A DNA stretch of 63,391 nt, counting the filler, from Klebsormidium nitens (lineage: Eukaryota; Plantae; Klebsormidiophyceae): assembly GCA_000708835.1 (NCBI GenBank). It is 6 parts of 6 records of this genome, joined end to end, with 100 filler letters (N's around TTAATTAATTAA, not from the genome) between each part and the next. Parts side by side here need not be neighbours in the genome. Positions count along the whole stretch, not along the records: positions 29,563 to 42,582 come from DF238104.1; positions 42,683 to 48,198 come from DF238420.1; positions 48,299 to 53,960 come from DF238413.1; 3 more parts are not named here. One strand, given 5' to 3'. The notes beneath the pieces were generated by a model. It did not search any database. It had not been told where the DNA came from and worked only from the letters and a program-made list of their open reading frames with translations. Positions within the stretch are counted from its first letter, which is position 1. Every line of letters begins with the position of its first letter. Of this stretch, positions 37,847 to 49,616 are shown piece by piece. The translations under genes and the position numbers were made by a program.

Positions 37847-40800
37847 CCTTGCGACCGCCTGGCGAGAACGTTCTTCATGATCCGGCCCCATTGGACTCAA
37901 ATTACTGTTTGGCGAATGCTCAAAATGCGGACTCGAAGCTCGTTGGGACGATGATTCGCTTCCTTAAATCGATTCAATGAACATACGGTTCTAGTCATTC
38001 TAGGGGCCTGTTGACTCCCCGATTTGCAGCCGTGCTGCCAGCTGAGCATCAACAGTATGCAGCACGCATGATTAGGATGTCACACGAGAAGCAGCATACG
38101 CTACCTTTCACTCGTGTGCAAATAGCTTCGGTTTGACGTCTCCAGTTGATAAGCATGTGGAGCCTCTCACGATCACGCTTCGTCACAGCTGATTGCACAC
38201 ACAGCTACAGACATCAGAAGAAGACGGACCTTGTGCGAGAAGTTGGAGAGAATAGCCCAACAGAAAGCTTCAAATATGGCTTCGGTTTGAGGCGCAGAGC
38301 GCCATCGCGTACACAGACGAAAAGCCCCAGGCCATAGGCCATTTGCATTCTTCACGGCCGCTCTCGCCCGTTAATCGCCATACATGCATCACAAGACGTC
38401 ATAATTACCGCAGGGAGACGGAAAAAGCGTTCTCGAAATTTGGACGTGGGAATTTAAAATTCTGTTTGGACGATCTTTTTACAAGAGAAGAATCACTTAG
38501 CAGACATCAATATCGTCACCAACTTCTCGGCTCGGACACGCGCTACTGATCAGCAAGGCGACATAAGTGTCTCTCTCTGCACGCGCTCCCTCGACAGAAG
38601 TAGCCCGGTTAGCGGAGAGATCACTCGCGTCTTCCCCTCGACCGGATCTCGCGCTGTTCGTTGGACGCTCTAAGCTGCTGTACAGCAGCAGATAATCATG
38701 GTCGAGGAAGCACCTTAGAAGCTTCAAGCAAAGCAGATCTTGCGAAATGAACAATCTGCATCGCCGAACAAGAGCAAAGGTTCCGGCAAATCCCAGCAGC
38801 CCTTAACAGGATGCTTTAATCTTCAAGAAGTTTTGTCCGAAGCCCTATTTATTGGTTTTAAAGCGGAAGAGCCACGTACTGTGTATGAGATTCAGCAGCA
38901 GAGTCACAATGATGTTGTTCACTCGCAAGCTGAAAATTTGTATCCTTGAGATGCTCTTGATGATAAGAAGAGGACCTTAATACTTCAGTCGTTAGAAGTA
39001 GCATCAGAGCAAGCTGGCTTGTTGCTTGAGCGGGTGAGCTCTCAAAAAGCGCGCTCATCACAGCCCACAAGCACGAAAGGCACGTGCTTGTAATCAAGAT
39101 CCACCATGAAAGTGGCGCTGCGAGGAAAACACCTCTGGAGCGCCGGGCAAAGGACAAACCTCGTTTAAGACCAGAGAGTGTGGGTCAAAGAAGTAACATT
39201 AACTGAGACTCCTTTGAAAAGAGCGGTCCAAATGTGATTCTAATGTCAACGTTACGATTTGGGTCACAGCTGCTTTCGAGCAAGCGAACGCCTGATTCAG
39301 CTTCCGTGAGATGGATGAGAAGCTGGCATGAAGCCGAAGGAAAGTTTCCATGATCGGATCCTGATCAGTAAGAAGCCTTCACTGCACATGGGCGAAAATT
39401 AATTATCTGAAAGTTCTGAACGCGCCAATCAAAAGTAGGCGCCGTTCAAATGTCGATATCGCGATCGATGTGATCTGATCAAAATGCTGTCCCGCTGCGA
39501 TCCAGATCGAGGAGTCGCTTGGATCAGATTAGCTTTATGCACGCCTGCCTATGGTCGTCTACTCAGAGCGCTCCGCGGCGCGCGTCTTGATGAATATTTC
39601 CGCCATGTCTGGCGCAATCATTCTTCAAAATAAATGTGAGCGCACCGACTCAAGTCGCATGCAGTGGTCGCATGATGAGGAACCGCCAATGCGGACCTTC
39701 GATCCTTCTGCTTCACCTTAAAACAGGTGATACCTGATCCGTAAGGCACCCAGTGGCTTTGCGATTGACATTCTGAAAGAGAGTAAGCGGCATGTGAGAG
39801 TTGGTAACTACCTGTCAGTCTCAATCTTCGTTCGGCTCCTGGAAGTGTAGCACTGGCACGGATGAGCTAGGCCCTCAATTTGTCGAAAACATCACAGCCG
39901 TGGCCGGGAGTACTGGACGAGACGAATGAACGCACGTACCTTTGCAAGCATATTATACGAGTCAAAAGAGAAACGCAGTGACGTGGTTGTAAAGGCTGAT
40001 CAAAGGGCGGCGCCGCGCGGACAGCTGGGCAGGGTCAGGTTTTGTCGAATTTTTCGCAACGGTTCCAATTACATGGATACGCCCTCATCGAGCCGCGTGC
40101 GGAATTACGGCCGCAAACCAAAAACCCAACGGGGCATCATATTGGATAGGCAATTGACTTCTACGCCACGTGGATGGTCACCTGGCATCCTACGTTTGGT
40201 TTCAATAGCCAGTACCCGACGAAGATGTGGACAAAGCAAGCGCCTGGCGCTCTAATATTGATCAAGGTCAATTTGCCATGTTCAATTGATTGATCGGCTT
40301 CAATGGCTTCGGGCGAGCACATTCCAGCTCTTGGGTTGACAACTCAAGCGGGCTCCTAATAGCCTCGTACACATAATATTCATACATGGAAAAGTCAACC
40401 ATTAAGCAATTGACACAAAAGCCAAACTTGGGAAGAAAGTTGATCGATCCAGTCTAGTGTCCAACGAAGCACCAGTGAACAGGGTGGGCGATGACCGGGC
40501 TGACGTCAGAACATCGTAGCCACGTGCATCAGTCCGAAATCTCTCCTCAACGCTTCTGAAACGAAAGACCACGATCAACTAGATCTAAGATTGTGCGCAA
40601 GTTGACGCCGGCAGCAAAGGGCCCCTCAACCGAGATCGGGCGCCCAGAATAACCAAGACAGTTGTCGCAACCGGCTCAAACGGGCTGGGGATTGTTGTGC
40701 CTTGCCTAGGAATATTCTCCCGGCGTTGTGCAGCATCCGAGAGGAAAAGAGGAATTAGGGAGTAAAAATAGTAGGACTGTCGTTCTCCTTATAGCTAGCA

Positions 40801-41869
40801 GGAAAAAGCTGAACGTTCTATGTCAAGAAAAGCTGGTATAGAAGAGTGGCGCCTGTGTGGTCCTGGGGTGTCGGCACTTACAAACGCAGGTGCAGGTGCA
40901 CTCGGAGATCAATACAGGCAGTACATGAGGTACGCTTCAATCAGAGTGCTTCCGTAATTGTCGTCCAGAACCTGAGAGAAGGTTGCCGACAGCTTTATCA
41001 GAGGTCTTTATTTCTGTCAAGGCTTCCGGAATCTGAGAACAGAGTGAGCTTGAGTGTGCCTCAGTGCGTTCATCGGTCACAGACAAAGGAGATTTTGCCA
41101 ACATCTCGTTTGTAGAAAACCGCAGACCAAGATGGGGTCTGGCTTTTGGATTGAAGAAGGAAAGGAAGGGCCAAGACGCGTTGACGAACAAAGCCGAAGC
41201 GAAATTTTGAGGGGTGAAAGTTGGTGTCCACTGCCCGCGACTCACAAGATTGAAAAGATTGTAAAAATGCGCTCTTTCATCTGATTTTCTGCTGGTAAGA
41301 TGCAATAGAATGATTTGACTCGAGGTTGTTGCAAGCGTCCTCAGACTGGCTCGACGGCGTCACACTAGGGCAGATACAAGAGCCCTGTTGGGGCGATCAA
41401 AGGATGAAGTCCCAAACTTTTGGACTCGGTTCCACGAGTGGGAGTCGACATTGATCAACAAAGTACCTCGTGATGATGCGGAACGCTAATGAACGACTGG
41501 CAAGACCCTTTTTGAGGAAGTGAGGAACAAATGGTGAAAGAGTTCCTGTCACGGATTCTACAACCTACTTTTACGGGAGAACCAAAAGACACCCAGCTAG
41601 GCGACAGTTGGCCAGCGAAAAGGCGTTGGGTTATATAGAGCTTAGCAAGATCCTGAAAGAGGTCCCTCTTCCTTTATGCTATTTTCGGATTTGTACCAGG
41701 ACCAGTTGGCCTCTTTTCAGTCCTCAAGGACCCTCAATGATTCTCTACCGTTCCCGGCCTCAGAGTTACTTGTAGTTCTCCTTCTCTGAGTTACTCTCAG
41801 ATTGAGTAGCGTCACAGCCAATCAACCAACTTGCATCCACTGTAGTGTAATCAGAAGCTCCAGCCGCTA

Positions 41870-42435
41870 AAAGAAAAGGAGCAGGGATTACGTACGCATG
41901 CTCAATATGTGCAACTGCGTCAGCAACTGCATGCTCTTGCGAATGTGAAACAGAAGGAATACTGGCTTGGCTTAATGAACAATTTGGAAATTGACATGAT
42001 GAATGATCAACGCCACTTTTTTGCGCAGATTGCGAAACTTCGAGGCAAGAAAAGGGGCACCTCGTTACACTCACTCAGGGACAACCAATCGCACAGCGCT
42101 GACTCGAACTATATTACCTCTGACCCCTCTGAGTTGAAAAGCATTTTATATGATTTCCACTCGAACCTTGGAATCCTCAATCCGAATGATCCAGCATTTG
42201 ACAAGTTATTCTATTGTAGAGTAGTTGAACAACTCTCCGAAATTGACCCCTTAGAAAAAGGGTCCGCTTTTTGCGAATCGCCTTTCGCTCTAACAGAGAT
42301 TGAAGAAATATTACCGAAGCTTCTGAATAATAAGGCCGCCGGCCTAGATCTCATGCTTAACGAGTCACTGAAGTATGGCGGACCAGCAGTCTGCACGAGC
42401 CTCGTAAAACTATTCAATTCCTTTTGGCACTCGGA
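41870..42435 (+). mobile_element. Fragment of a non-LTR (LINE) ORF2, endonuclease-RT linker and RT start
   Basis: SPFALTEIEEILPKLLNNKAAGLDLMLNESLKYGGPAVCTSLVKLFNSFW matches the conserved LINE pre-RT segment (K-S/A-P/A-G-x-D...E.LK...L..LFN..W). Similarity stops at about 42435. Confidence 0.75.
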
Positions 42436-42682
42436 TGTCATGCGGTCTTATGTCGATGCGATATCATGTCGGTGAACAGACTGAGGCGCTCAGGCTAACG
42501 GCGAAAATGAAAATGATACGTCATTCCAGGTCACTCATACGGCATACACACATCATCCATGATCCCTACAAGAAAGCTTGGCNNNNNNNNNNNNNNNNNN
42601 NNNNNNNNNNNNNNNNNNNNNNNNNNTTAATTAATTAANNNNNNNNNNNNNNNNNNNNNNNNNNNNNNNNNNNNNNNNNNNN

Positions 42683-42897
42683 GTGCCTTGCGAGGTGCGA
42701 GTCTCGAGACTCCTCGACTGAATATGGAGCCTCTTCGTGAGTCCAAACTAATCAGTCTTTGGGAAGAAGGCAAGAAGACGCAATTTTTCTGAGAGGCGCT
42801 CTTGCACGAGGTGATCCCAAGGCGGGCTGAGAAGCTTCGCATGGTTTCCGCACATGTGAAGTAGACAGGCAGCGTGTGACCCTGTCCAACCGTCACA
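42683..42897. repeat. Terminus of an LTR-like interspersed repeat, copy 1
   Basis: Ends ...GTGAAGTAGACAGGCAGCGTGTGACCCTGTCCAACCGTCACA (reads TGTGACGG on the - strand); near-identical to 48299-48342 and 54061-54178. It abuts and truncates the Gypsy pol at the start of RNase H. Confidence 0.7.
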
Positions 42898-44147
42898 GTA
42901 TGGAGTTCAAAAGGGCGTTTGTGATCAGGCCGTCTCAAAATTGGCGCTTCTGTGAACCTAATCTTCAGCGTCTCGAATGCTTGCTGACAAGCCTCGGACC
43001 AGCCCCAAGCTACGTCGTTCCGCAGAAGATTGTTCAGCGGTGCAGCGATGGTGCTGTAATGTTCAACGAGCTTCCTGTAATAGTTGAAAGTGCCCAGCAC
43101 GGCCCTCAACTCAGGAACCTATGTCGGAGATCGCATCATCACGATGGCCTCCACCTTGACCTGCATCGAGGCAGTCCCCCCAGGAACAACCCTGTGGCCA
43201 AGATACTCAACATCAGGTTCTGCACAGCGCATTTTCTTATGATGACACTTGATGTTTTTGTCCCTCAAACGCGTCAGTACAGCCCTCAGATGCTTCAGGT
43301 GATCGTCAAAGCTCTTGGAAAAGACAATGACATCGTCAATAAAGCAACGCGTACAGTAACGTTCCCGACTCAGCACTTTGTCCATAACACGCTGAAAGAA
43401 GGGTGGCGCATTCTTTAGACCAAACGGCACAGCTGTCCACTCATGCAACCCGTCAAGACACCAGAAAGCGGTTTTACAACAGTCTTCCTGCGCGATGCGG
43501 ATCTGATGGTATCCCATACGCAAGTCCAAGGTGGTAAAAATACAGGAGTCCGCCAGCTCATCAAAAATATCCTCTGGTGTCGGCAAAGGGTAGTGGTCCT
43601 TGGGAGTTACCTTATTCAGAGCCCGAAAGTCCACACACGGCCGTTTATCCGCCCAGTTTCCGTGCACATCTTTTTTAGGAGGCATTGTTACAGGAAACGC
43701 CCACTTAGATGTCGATTCTCTGATAAACCCAACAGACTTCCGTTCTTCCATCTGCTCAGTCAGGATTTCTTTCTCGTACTGAGACAACCTATACTGAGTC
43801 TTGAAGATTGGAGTCTCGTCTGTCAGTGCAATCCGAAAGACCTCGTCCGCCATGACTCCAATCTCTGTGATGTCATGAGCAAACACGTCTTGAAACTCAT
43901 CCAGCAAGTCAGTCAACTGTTCCTTCTGAACTGCTGTGAGATTCGGATTCATTGGCCACTTAAATTCCTTAGGCCCTGCAGGTTCAGAGTTTACGTCTGG
44001 TTCTTCCTCCTTGCTTGGAAGTGAAGTTGAATCCGAACTCTCACCTGGGTCGGGTGGAGGCCGTCCTTGGGCCGCCTTGGCCGCTGCGGGGCTGTCCTCC
44101 TTCCCTGTGTTGGCCGTACCAGGCCGTGAAGTCACTGAGTCCCTCAC
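42898..44147 (-). pseudogene. Ty3/Gypsy reverse transcriptase plus connection domain (truncated)
   Basis: CVDFRALNKVTPKDHYPLP, LDLRMGYHQIRI, KTAF, VPFGLKNAP..FQRVMD, CFIDDVIVFS and YLGH. After a stop/frameshift at ~43119 it continues LGTFNYYRK...WSEACQQAFETLK...APILRRPDHKRPFELHT. Confidence 0.93.
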
Positions 44148-44369
44148 TCAAAAGTTTTGAATTCTGCTCAGGGTGCAGACCAGTCCCCCCCCCAGCTCAT
44201 TTTCTCCAGGAAAATTAGCTGCAACTTGAGGGCTGCGACTCACCCGTGTTACGCGACCGTCCCTGACGGCTGTTGTCAGGTCTTCCCTACTCACATTGAA
44301 CAGCTTTCGAGGAAAGGAAGCATCCTCCCCTAGTCACGCCTGATCGCTACCAGACCGACCTCGAAACCG

Positions 44370-45443
44370 TCAGTTAGAGAGCAGACCCCGCTGAAAGGGC
44401 AAAGCACAGCCAAACAGAAAGGTCAACTGGAACATGTCCATGGAGGCACCAAGCAGCCGCAATCGCTCACCCTCATTTGGGGGTCCAGCCGAGACTTTGA
44501 CGGTTGTCCCGCGCACGAAACCCATCGCCCCCTCGCGCTCTGCCGCAGTCGGCTTTGTCATTCCCCCGCGGTCGGACCGCACGAGGCTCTGCTGACCTGC
44601 AACGTAGGCATGCAACCCTCTGTAAGTGACGAAGGTGGCAAAAGCGCGTCAGGGCTCTCCAACAACATTGACAGCATGCGGACCCGGGGCTCTACTGTGC
44701 TGCGCCTTGAGGGCAAGCCGCCCTGGTCCTAGAACATCCTGCACTGTCTGAGTAGGCGACCGTGTCTCAAACCGTTTATCCACCATCTCGTGAAGCAAGG
44801 TGGTCGGAATCAGGTTGGTCGAGATCCTACGGTACCGGTGGGCGTACGAACCCACTGCAACAGCATCAAAGGCACAGGCTTGACCGAGGACTCCCTTGAC
44901 CACCTCGTTGAACTCCTGGCGCACCTGGAGATCTGGGTGATCTGATGCATCAACATTTTCAAACAACCACGCACAGTTTCCTTGGTGGCGAATGATCCTG
45001 TGTACCAACCGAACTACGTCGACAAAGACGGCGGTGCGTGGGTCTCGAAGGCCTTTGGCCGTCCCCGACGCCCGCGAGAATCCCTGGCAGGGAAACCCAC
45101 AAACTACCAAGTCAAGAGGTCCTAGCGCAATGATGTGACTTTGATTGATCAGCTTGACGTCCTGTGGCAGCAACCCAAAGCAGTTCTCGAACGCAGACTC
45201 GGCCAAGAGGTCAGGGAAAATTCCGCTCAACGTCTTCAACCTAGCCATCACAACCGCCCGAGCTGTCTGGTCGCTCTCGCAGCAGTGAAGCTGCTTGATC
45301 TTGATCCCCATGCGAATCAGCGCCTCTGTAGACGCCATAATGCCCGCGCACAACTCAACAACAACCAGACCAGACTCCGCAGACTCAGTAAAGGACGCCC
45401 ACAATGTCTTGGTTAAGGGGCCGAAGGTTGGCGTACCCTGCAA
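44370..45443 (-). pseudogene. Retrotransposon-borne cytosine-5 DNA methyltransferase domain
   Basis: Motif I VVELCAGI, IV VCGFPCQGFS, VI WLFENV, VIII YAHRYR..TNL. After an in-frame TGA (44649-44651) the same frame continues to the motif X-like ERLRLLGASMD. Confidence 0.88.
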
Positions 45444-45546
45444 GCGTAATAGGAGGTGGGGGTGCCTCTTTTTGCCGCAGAGCCATCACGGACTCATCGA
45501 AGGACAGATCGAGTTCCTCCAGAAGCCGCTTCCTGTACGTGTAGTA

Positions 45547-47955
45547 CTAAAAGTTTGCATGCTGCATATCAGGCTTTGACACTGGATTGGCCATTTGTGG
45601 CATGACGCTTGCCACGCGCGCATCCACCACTACGGCTTCCTTTGCGATCTTGGACGACAGGGGTGCGCCACGGTGCAGCACCTCAAACACAGCAGGTATC
45701 CCAACAGAAGTTGTCCCCCTTGTTTGCCAGTCCTTGTAGTACTTCATCTTGCCTTTGTAGGCATTTGCGGTCAGTCCAACCTTCCCAATCACACTCATTC
45801 CGAGAAGCACAATATCATTGTCTCCTGGTGTGACAACCACATATGCACCAACAGTGGTTTCACCCACCGTGCCTGGGTTAAGCACAACCGGAATTCGCTC
45901 TAAGGATCGGTCAAACGGTGCAGTGACCCGTTCATCTGCACACCGCAGCGCAACGGCGCCTTTCTTCATCGTGCTGGGCTTGATTTCTGCTTGCCTGGCC
46001 GCTTCCCTGCCCATGACGATCATTTCACACCCCGTATCAACCACCAGGTGCTGAAGCACCTTGCCATTTATCGTACAAGCAAGCCGTCGGGGGTTACTGT
46101 TGTCCAGTCTTGGGGCTTTGTGGACTTCCAAGTCCCTGTCTGCGGTAAAACTAGCAGGCAATGATCCCAACAGCGCACTCAAACCCGAAGAGGAGACGTC
46201 ACAGAGTTCCACCTCAGTGGGCACTCCTGCAACTTGGAGCGCATTCTGCGGGGCTGGCGCCCGCCGCTCACTCTCAAAGGATTCTACCACGTTGTCCCAG
46301 AACAGGTCGAACTTGCTGTCCCCTTTGCAGTCAAACAACACGCCATCGTTCAACAACTCTTGGAGCAGCTCATCCTCTGACTGTCTCTGAGCACATTCAC
46401 GAGCCAACTGGCCCCGCAAAGGGTGCACAAACCGTTCGTTGGGGACGTTTTGACGCTCAAAAACACCCTTATGCACTTCCATCAGGTAGCCTAGCTCAAG
46501 CAAAGCTAACAGACGGGGTGGGTAGGTATACCTGGCGCGAGGCGCAGGGTTTAGGGCTGCCTGGTGACCATCTCGCCAAGAGCGACGAGTTTCACCTGAC
46601 GGCATGTCTACTGTAAACGCACGCGCTTCAGACACACACGCTCCCCCCTCCAGCAGGGATGCCGGCATAAGATGAGCGAAGTAATACTTCCGATCCATCC
46701 ACATGTTAGCACCGCCAGCAGGATCCGCACACGCAAACAGCACGTCGGATTTTGCAAGGTGGCGCAAGACAGCAGTAGCAGACCCGTCTTCGTGCATCTG
46801 CCGGGCAATACGGCCCAGTCGTGCAGGGTCGATACGCCGCGTGCTTGACCTAGACGCGGAAGAAAACAACCCTTTCTCAACCTCGGTTAGAACACCAAGT
46901 TCCAACAGTGCCTCAACGTCCATATCATAGTTGTAATCAGAAGATGAAACTGGAACACCCTGGCGGTGTCGCTCTTGAGCCTCCACATTTTCATCCCAGA
47001 ACATGTTGCAAACATATTCTCTGGTGGGGTCAAACTGCGACCAGTCAGGCGTGCAGTCAAACAACATCTCGTTGTCCAACAGGAATTGGAGATAGTCCTC
47101 CTCTTGACGATTGGCATGGCCCTTGACGGCCAGATAGGGCAAGACTTCAACTGGCATACGGTGCTCCGGTCGGTGCACCAGCTGAAAGACACCCGCATTG
47201 ACTTGAACCAAAACTCCCAAATCGAGCAGAGCCTGAAGATGCGGCGGGTTCCGATACCCTTCGTACCGTGCCCCACTCGTCACTATGCCTCTGACATTCA
47301 GTGCATCACGCCATGTGCCACTCGCTTGAGCCTGCCAGATCTCACTGGGCCAAGCACTTTCAGCAGGCGCAATAGGCGAGTCACCAAACTCGGACTCAGT
47401 CACCTCACTCGCGGCAACATCATCATCCTCCTCAGCCGGAACATTGGCTGGAACAGTCACATCATCAACCAAACCACCAGCTGCAACAGTCGGAACAGAC
47501 CTAGAAGTCCTCAGCTCCGGCCATGCTGCATCACGTTCGCATTCAGTATCAAGGCGCTCCTGCACAACCGCGTCGTTGAACACCTCGTTCCCTTGAGCGA
47601 ACAGCTGCCGGTCTTGGACCAGACGTGTGAAAATCGTGTTCTCTGTTCTGCGCTTGTATGCTTTAAGTGCCAGGTCGTTCAAGTCCGGGTGCACAGTCCA
47701 CGTGGTGCGGTCTGTGTGCCTCATGAAAACGCCCTGCTCGAGTTCCTCCAAGTATCCAAGTTGAAGGAGCACACTAAGCCAGACAGGATACTCGTAAAAC
47801 GGGGCAGGCTTTTGAACCTCGGTGACAACGGCCCTACCTGCTAAGGTGAGGTCGACTGGCACAGGATCGTTGCCCCCCATTGTCGCTTCAGCGGCTGGTT
47901 CAGCGGCTGCAGCCTGGGCCCCAACAGCTGTCGGCGCGTCTGTTGACTGCGCCAA
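45547..47955 (-). CDS. Gag-position polyprotein: four ~85-aa repeats plus retropepsin-like aspartic protease
   Basis: 802-aa ORF, open upstream to ~48085. Protease signature HLVVDTGCEMIVMG (D at 46038) and DIVLLGMS. Repeats at aa 54-133, 234-330, 341-424 and 476-563. Confidence 0.8.
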   Translation of the reverse strand: MAQSTDAPTAVGAQAAAAEPAAEATMGGNDPVPVDLTLAGRAVVTEVQKPAPFYEYPVWLSVLLQLGYLEELEQGVFMRHTDRTTWTVHPDLNDLALKAYKRRTENTIFTRLVQDRQLFAQGNEVFNDAVVQERLDTECERDAAWPELRTSRSVPTVAAGGLVDDVTVPANVPAEEDDDVAASEVTESEFGDSPIAPAESAWPSEIWQAQASGTWRDALNVRGIVTSGARYEGYRNPPHLQALLDLGVLVQVNAGVFQLVHRPEHRMPVEVLPYLAVKGHANRQEEDYLQFLLDNEMLFDCTPDWSQFDPTREYVCNMFWDENVEAQERHRQGVPVSSSDYNYDMDVEALLELGVLTEVEKGLFSSASRSSTRRIDPARLGRIARQMHEDGSATAVLRHLAKSDVLFACADPAGGANMWMDRKYYFAHLMPASLLEGGACVSEARAFTVDMPSGETRRSWRDGHQAALNPAPRARYTYPPRLLALLELGYLMEVHKGVFERQNVPNERFVHPLRGQLARECAQRQSEDELLQELLNDGVLFDCKGDSKFDLFWDNVVESFESERRAPAPQNALQVAGVPTEVELCDVSSSGLSALLGSLPASFTADRDLEVHKAPRLDNSNPRRLACTINGKVLQHLVVDTGCEMIVMGREAARQAEIKPSTMKKGAVALRCADERVTAPFDRSLERIPVVLNPGTVGETTVGAYVVVTPGDNDIVLLGMSVIGKVGLTANAYKGKMKYYKDWQTRGTTSVGIPAVFEVLHRGAPLSSKIAKEAVVVDARVASVMPQMANPVSKPDMQHANF

Positions 47956-48298
47956 GTAGAGGGCCCTGAGGTCCGCTCCACCGTCGCCTGCAATGTAACC
48001 AGGACCGTGAGCATACAGGATGCGCTCGAGTGTGGACCAGTTGAAGACACGCTGTACCTTCGATGATGTAACGATTACGACTGGTTAAGCCTAACCTCGT
48101 TCTCGACAGGATTTCGTTGACCTGCGGGTTAGCGAAACGGCGGTGGTTACGTCTTAACGACGCACTGCGTAGCTGTAAGCAAGACAACGTAATATCCCNN
48201 NNNNNNNNNNNNNNNNNNNNNNNNNNNNNNNNNNNNNNNNNNTTAATTAATTAANNNNNNNNNNNNNNNNNNNNNNNNNNNNNNNNNNNNNNNNNNNN

Positions 48299-48342
48299 AT
48301 GTGAAGTAGACAGGCAGCGTGTGACCCTGTCCAACCGTCACA
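48299..48342. repeat. Terminus of LTR-like repeat, copy 2
   Basis: ATGTGAAGTAGACAGGCAGCGTGTGACCCTGTCCAACCGTCACA, identical to 42854-42897 and adjacent to a gap. Confidence 0.7.
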
Positions 48343-49193
48343 GAAACGGTGAGACAAAGGCGCCAGCATCTTGAGAGTGAGCGCGCAATCCTCTTTCGTC
48401 GTCACCCCGACCCTGACCGCCCCGGTTGCGAGGTAGATAGCTTGCCAGCGTAGTGTCGTATGCGTCTTTTGCAATTCACCAGTGGGAAATACAGCAGGAA
48501 AGTGTTACCAGCTCTTGTTTGAACAGGTCCTGGTGCAATTATGCACAGAGAATTCTTCAAGTTAAAAGTATCAATTTAACCCCGACATACCTGTTGAAAC
48601 TCAAGGGAAGGGATCGTAGTGTAGTTAAGGTACTCGTCATCGGGTCTTGTCGTGTTGCCCGGCACCATGCTCATCAATCATTGATGGCAGTCGTGCATCC
48701 TAAGAGGAAAACACGAAGCGCCTCACAAGCGGCTTCCTTTTCCACAAACTTCTCTTAGAATGATGTATCAATGATAGTGGTTTCCACCAGCATATGTCTC
48801 AAGGGTCTCTCCCGGTCCACTAGGCTCACCAGCCTACTAGGCTTACTAGCCTAAGTCACACACTACTAGGCTCACTAGCCTAGCTCACAACCACACTCAA
48901 TTTCAGCCTTCGATATCCTCATCTACGGCTTACACTGACGGCCGCTCTCAACCGCCTAAACTCCAAACCCCCTAACGATTTAATCGTCTAACCGCGCCAT
49001 ACACGCACGCCGGCGCTCATTAGTTCAAACCCTAACTCGTGCCGAATCCTAATCACGGTGATTCGGCTAACTACAAACGCCCAATTTTAAGAATACCTCC
49101 ACCTTCGACAGGGGCTGATTCCCGCCTCGGAAGCAAGAGCGCTTGCGGCCGGGGGCGAGGGACAGAGGCTGTCCGACCATGTTCCATGCCAGA

Positions 49194-49596
49194 TGTTGAA
49201 ACACGGCGTTGTTGGAAATGATTGATTGAATGATCAAGTTCACACAATACATATCGAGTGTTCGGAGTCTAGCGGCGCTAAAGCTCTGCAGTCTGTGTGC
49301 TATGCTAGACTCACTCAAGTAGAGTCACACTCCTAGTCGACTAGTCTAGGTCTACACTGATAGCCTAGAGTAGGCTCAGTTGACCGCGGGTAAGCAAGTC
49401 CGAAGATCTCACGCAAATCCGAATATCTACGGTTATTATCGAACCTACTCATTACGGCGGTTATCTTAATAAGTCATTCGAATGTAACGTTGTCACTCGC
49501 GGGCATTTAACCGCCAACCGCTAAGTACCGGTTATCGTCGAACTCCCGTCGACGTCACCCAAGAGATCGCTCACACTAAATGCCCGGATCTCAACA
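49194..49596 (-). repeat. Copia 3' LTR
   Basis: About 403 bp, TGTTGAAAC...ATCTCAACA, preceded on the - strand by the purine-rich TGTGTGGGGGAG; roughly 88-90% identical by eye to 53026-53426. Confidence 0.9.
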
Positions 49597-49616
49597 CTCC
49601 CCCACACACTAATGAC

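Larger units (their letters stand above)
42898..48066 (-). mobile_element. Degenerate Ty3/Gypsy LTR retrotransposon encoding repeat domain, protease, C5 DNA methyltransferase and RT
   Basis: Collinear - strand ORFs: aspartic protease (VVDTG), DNMT (ELCAG, GFPCQGFS, FENV) and Gypsy-type RT (FIDD). They are linked by in-frame stops and frameshifts, consistent with one ancestral polyprotein. RNase H and integrase are missing through truncation at 42898. Confidence 0.85.

Noticed and set aside
40800-41800. Possible LINE endonuclease remnants upstream of the RT fragment
   Set aside because: Too degenerate to recognise AP-endonuclease motifs reliably by eye.
48025-48045. TGGTCCACAC (- strand) as a Gypsy primer-binding site
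   Set aside because: Lies inside the open gag-position frame, is not adjacent to a defined LTR end, and matches no tRNA 3' end I can identify.
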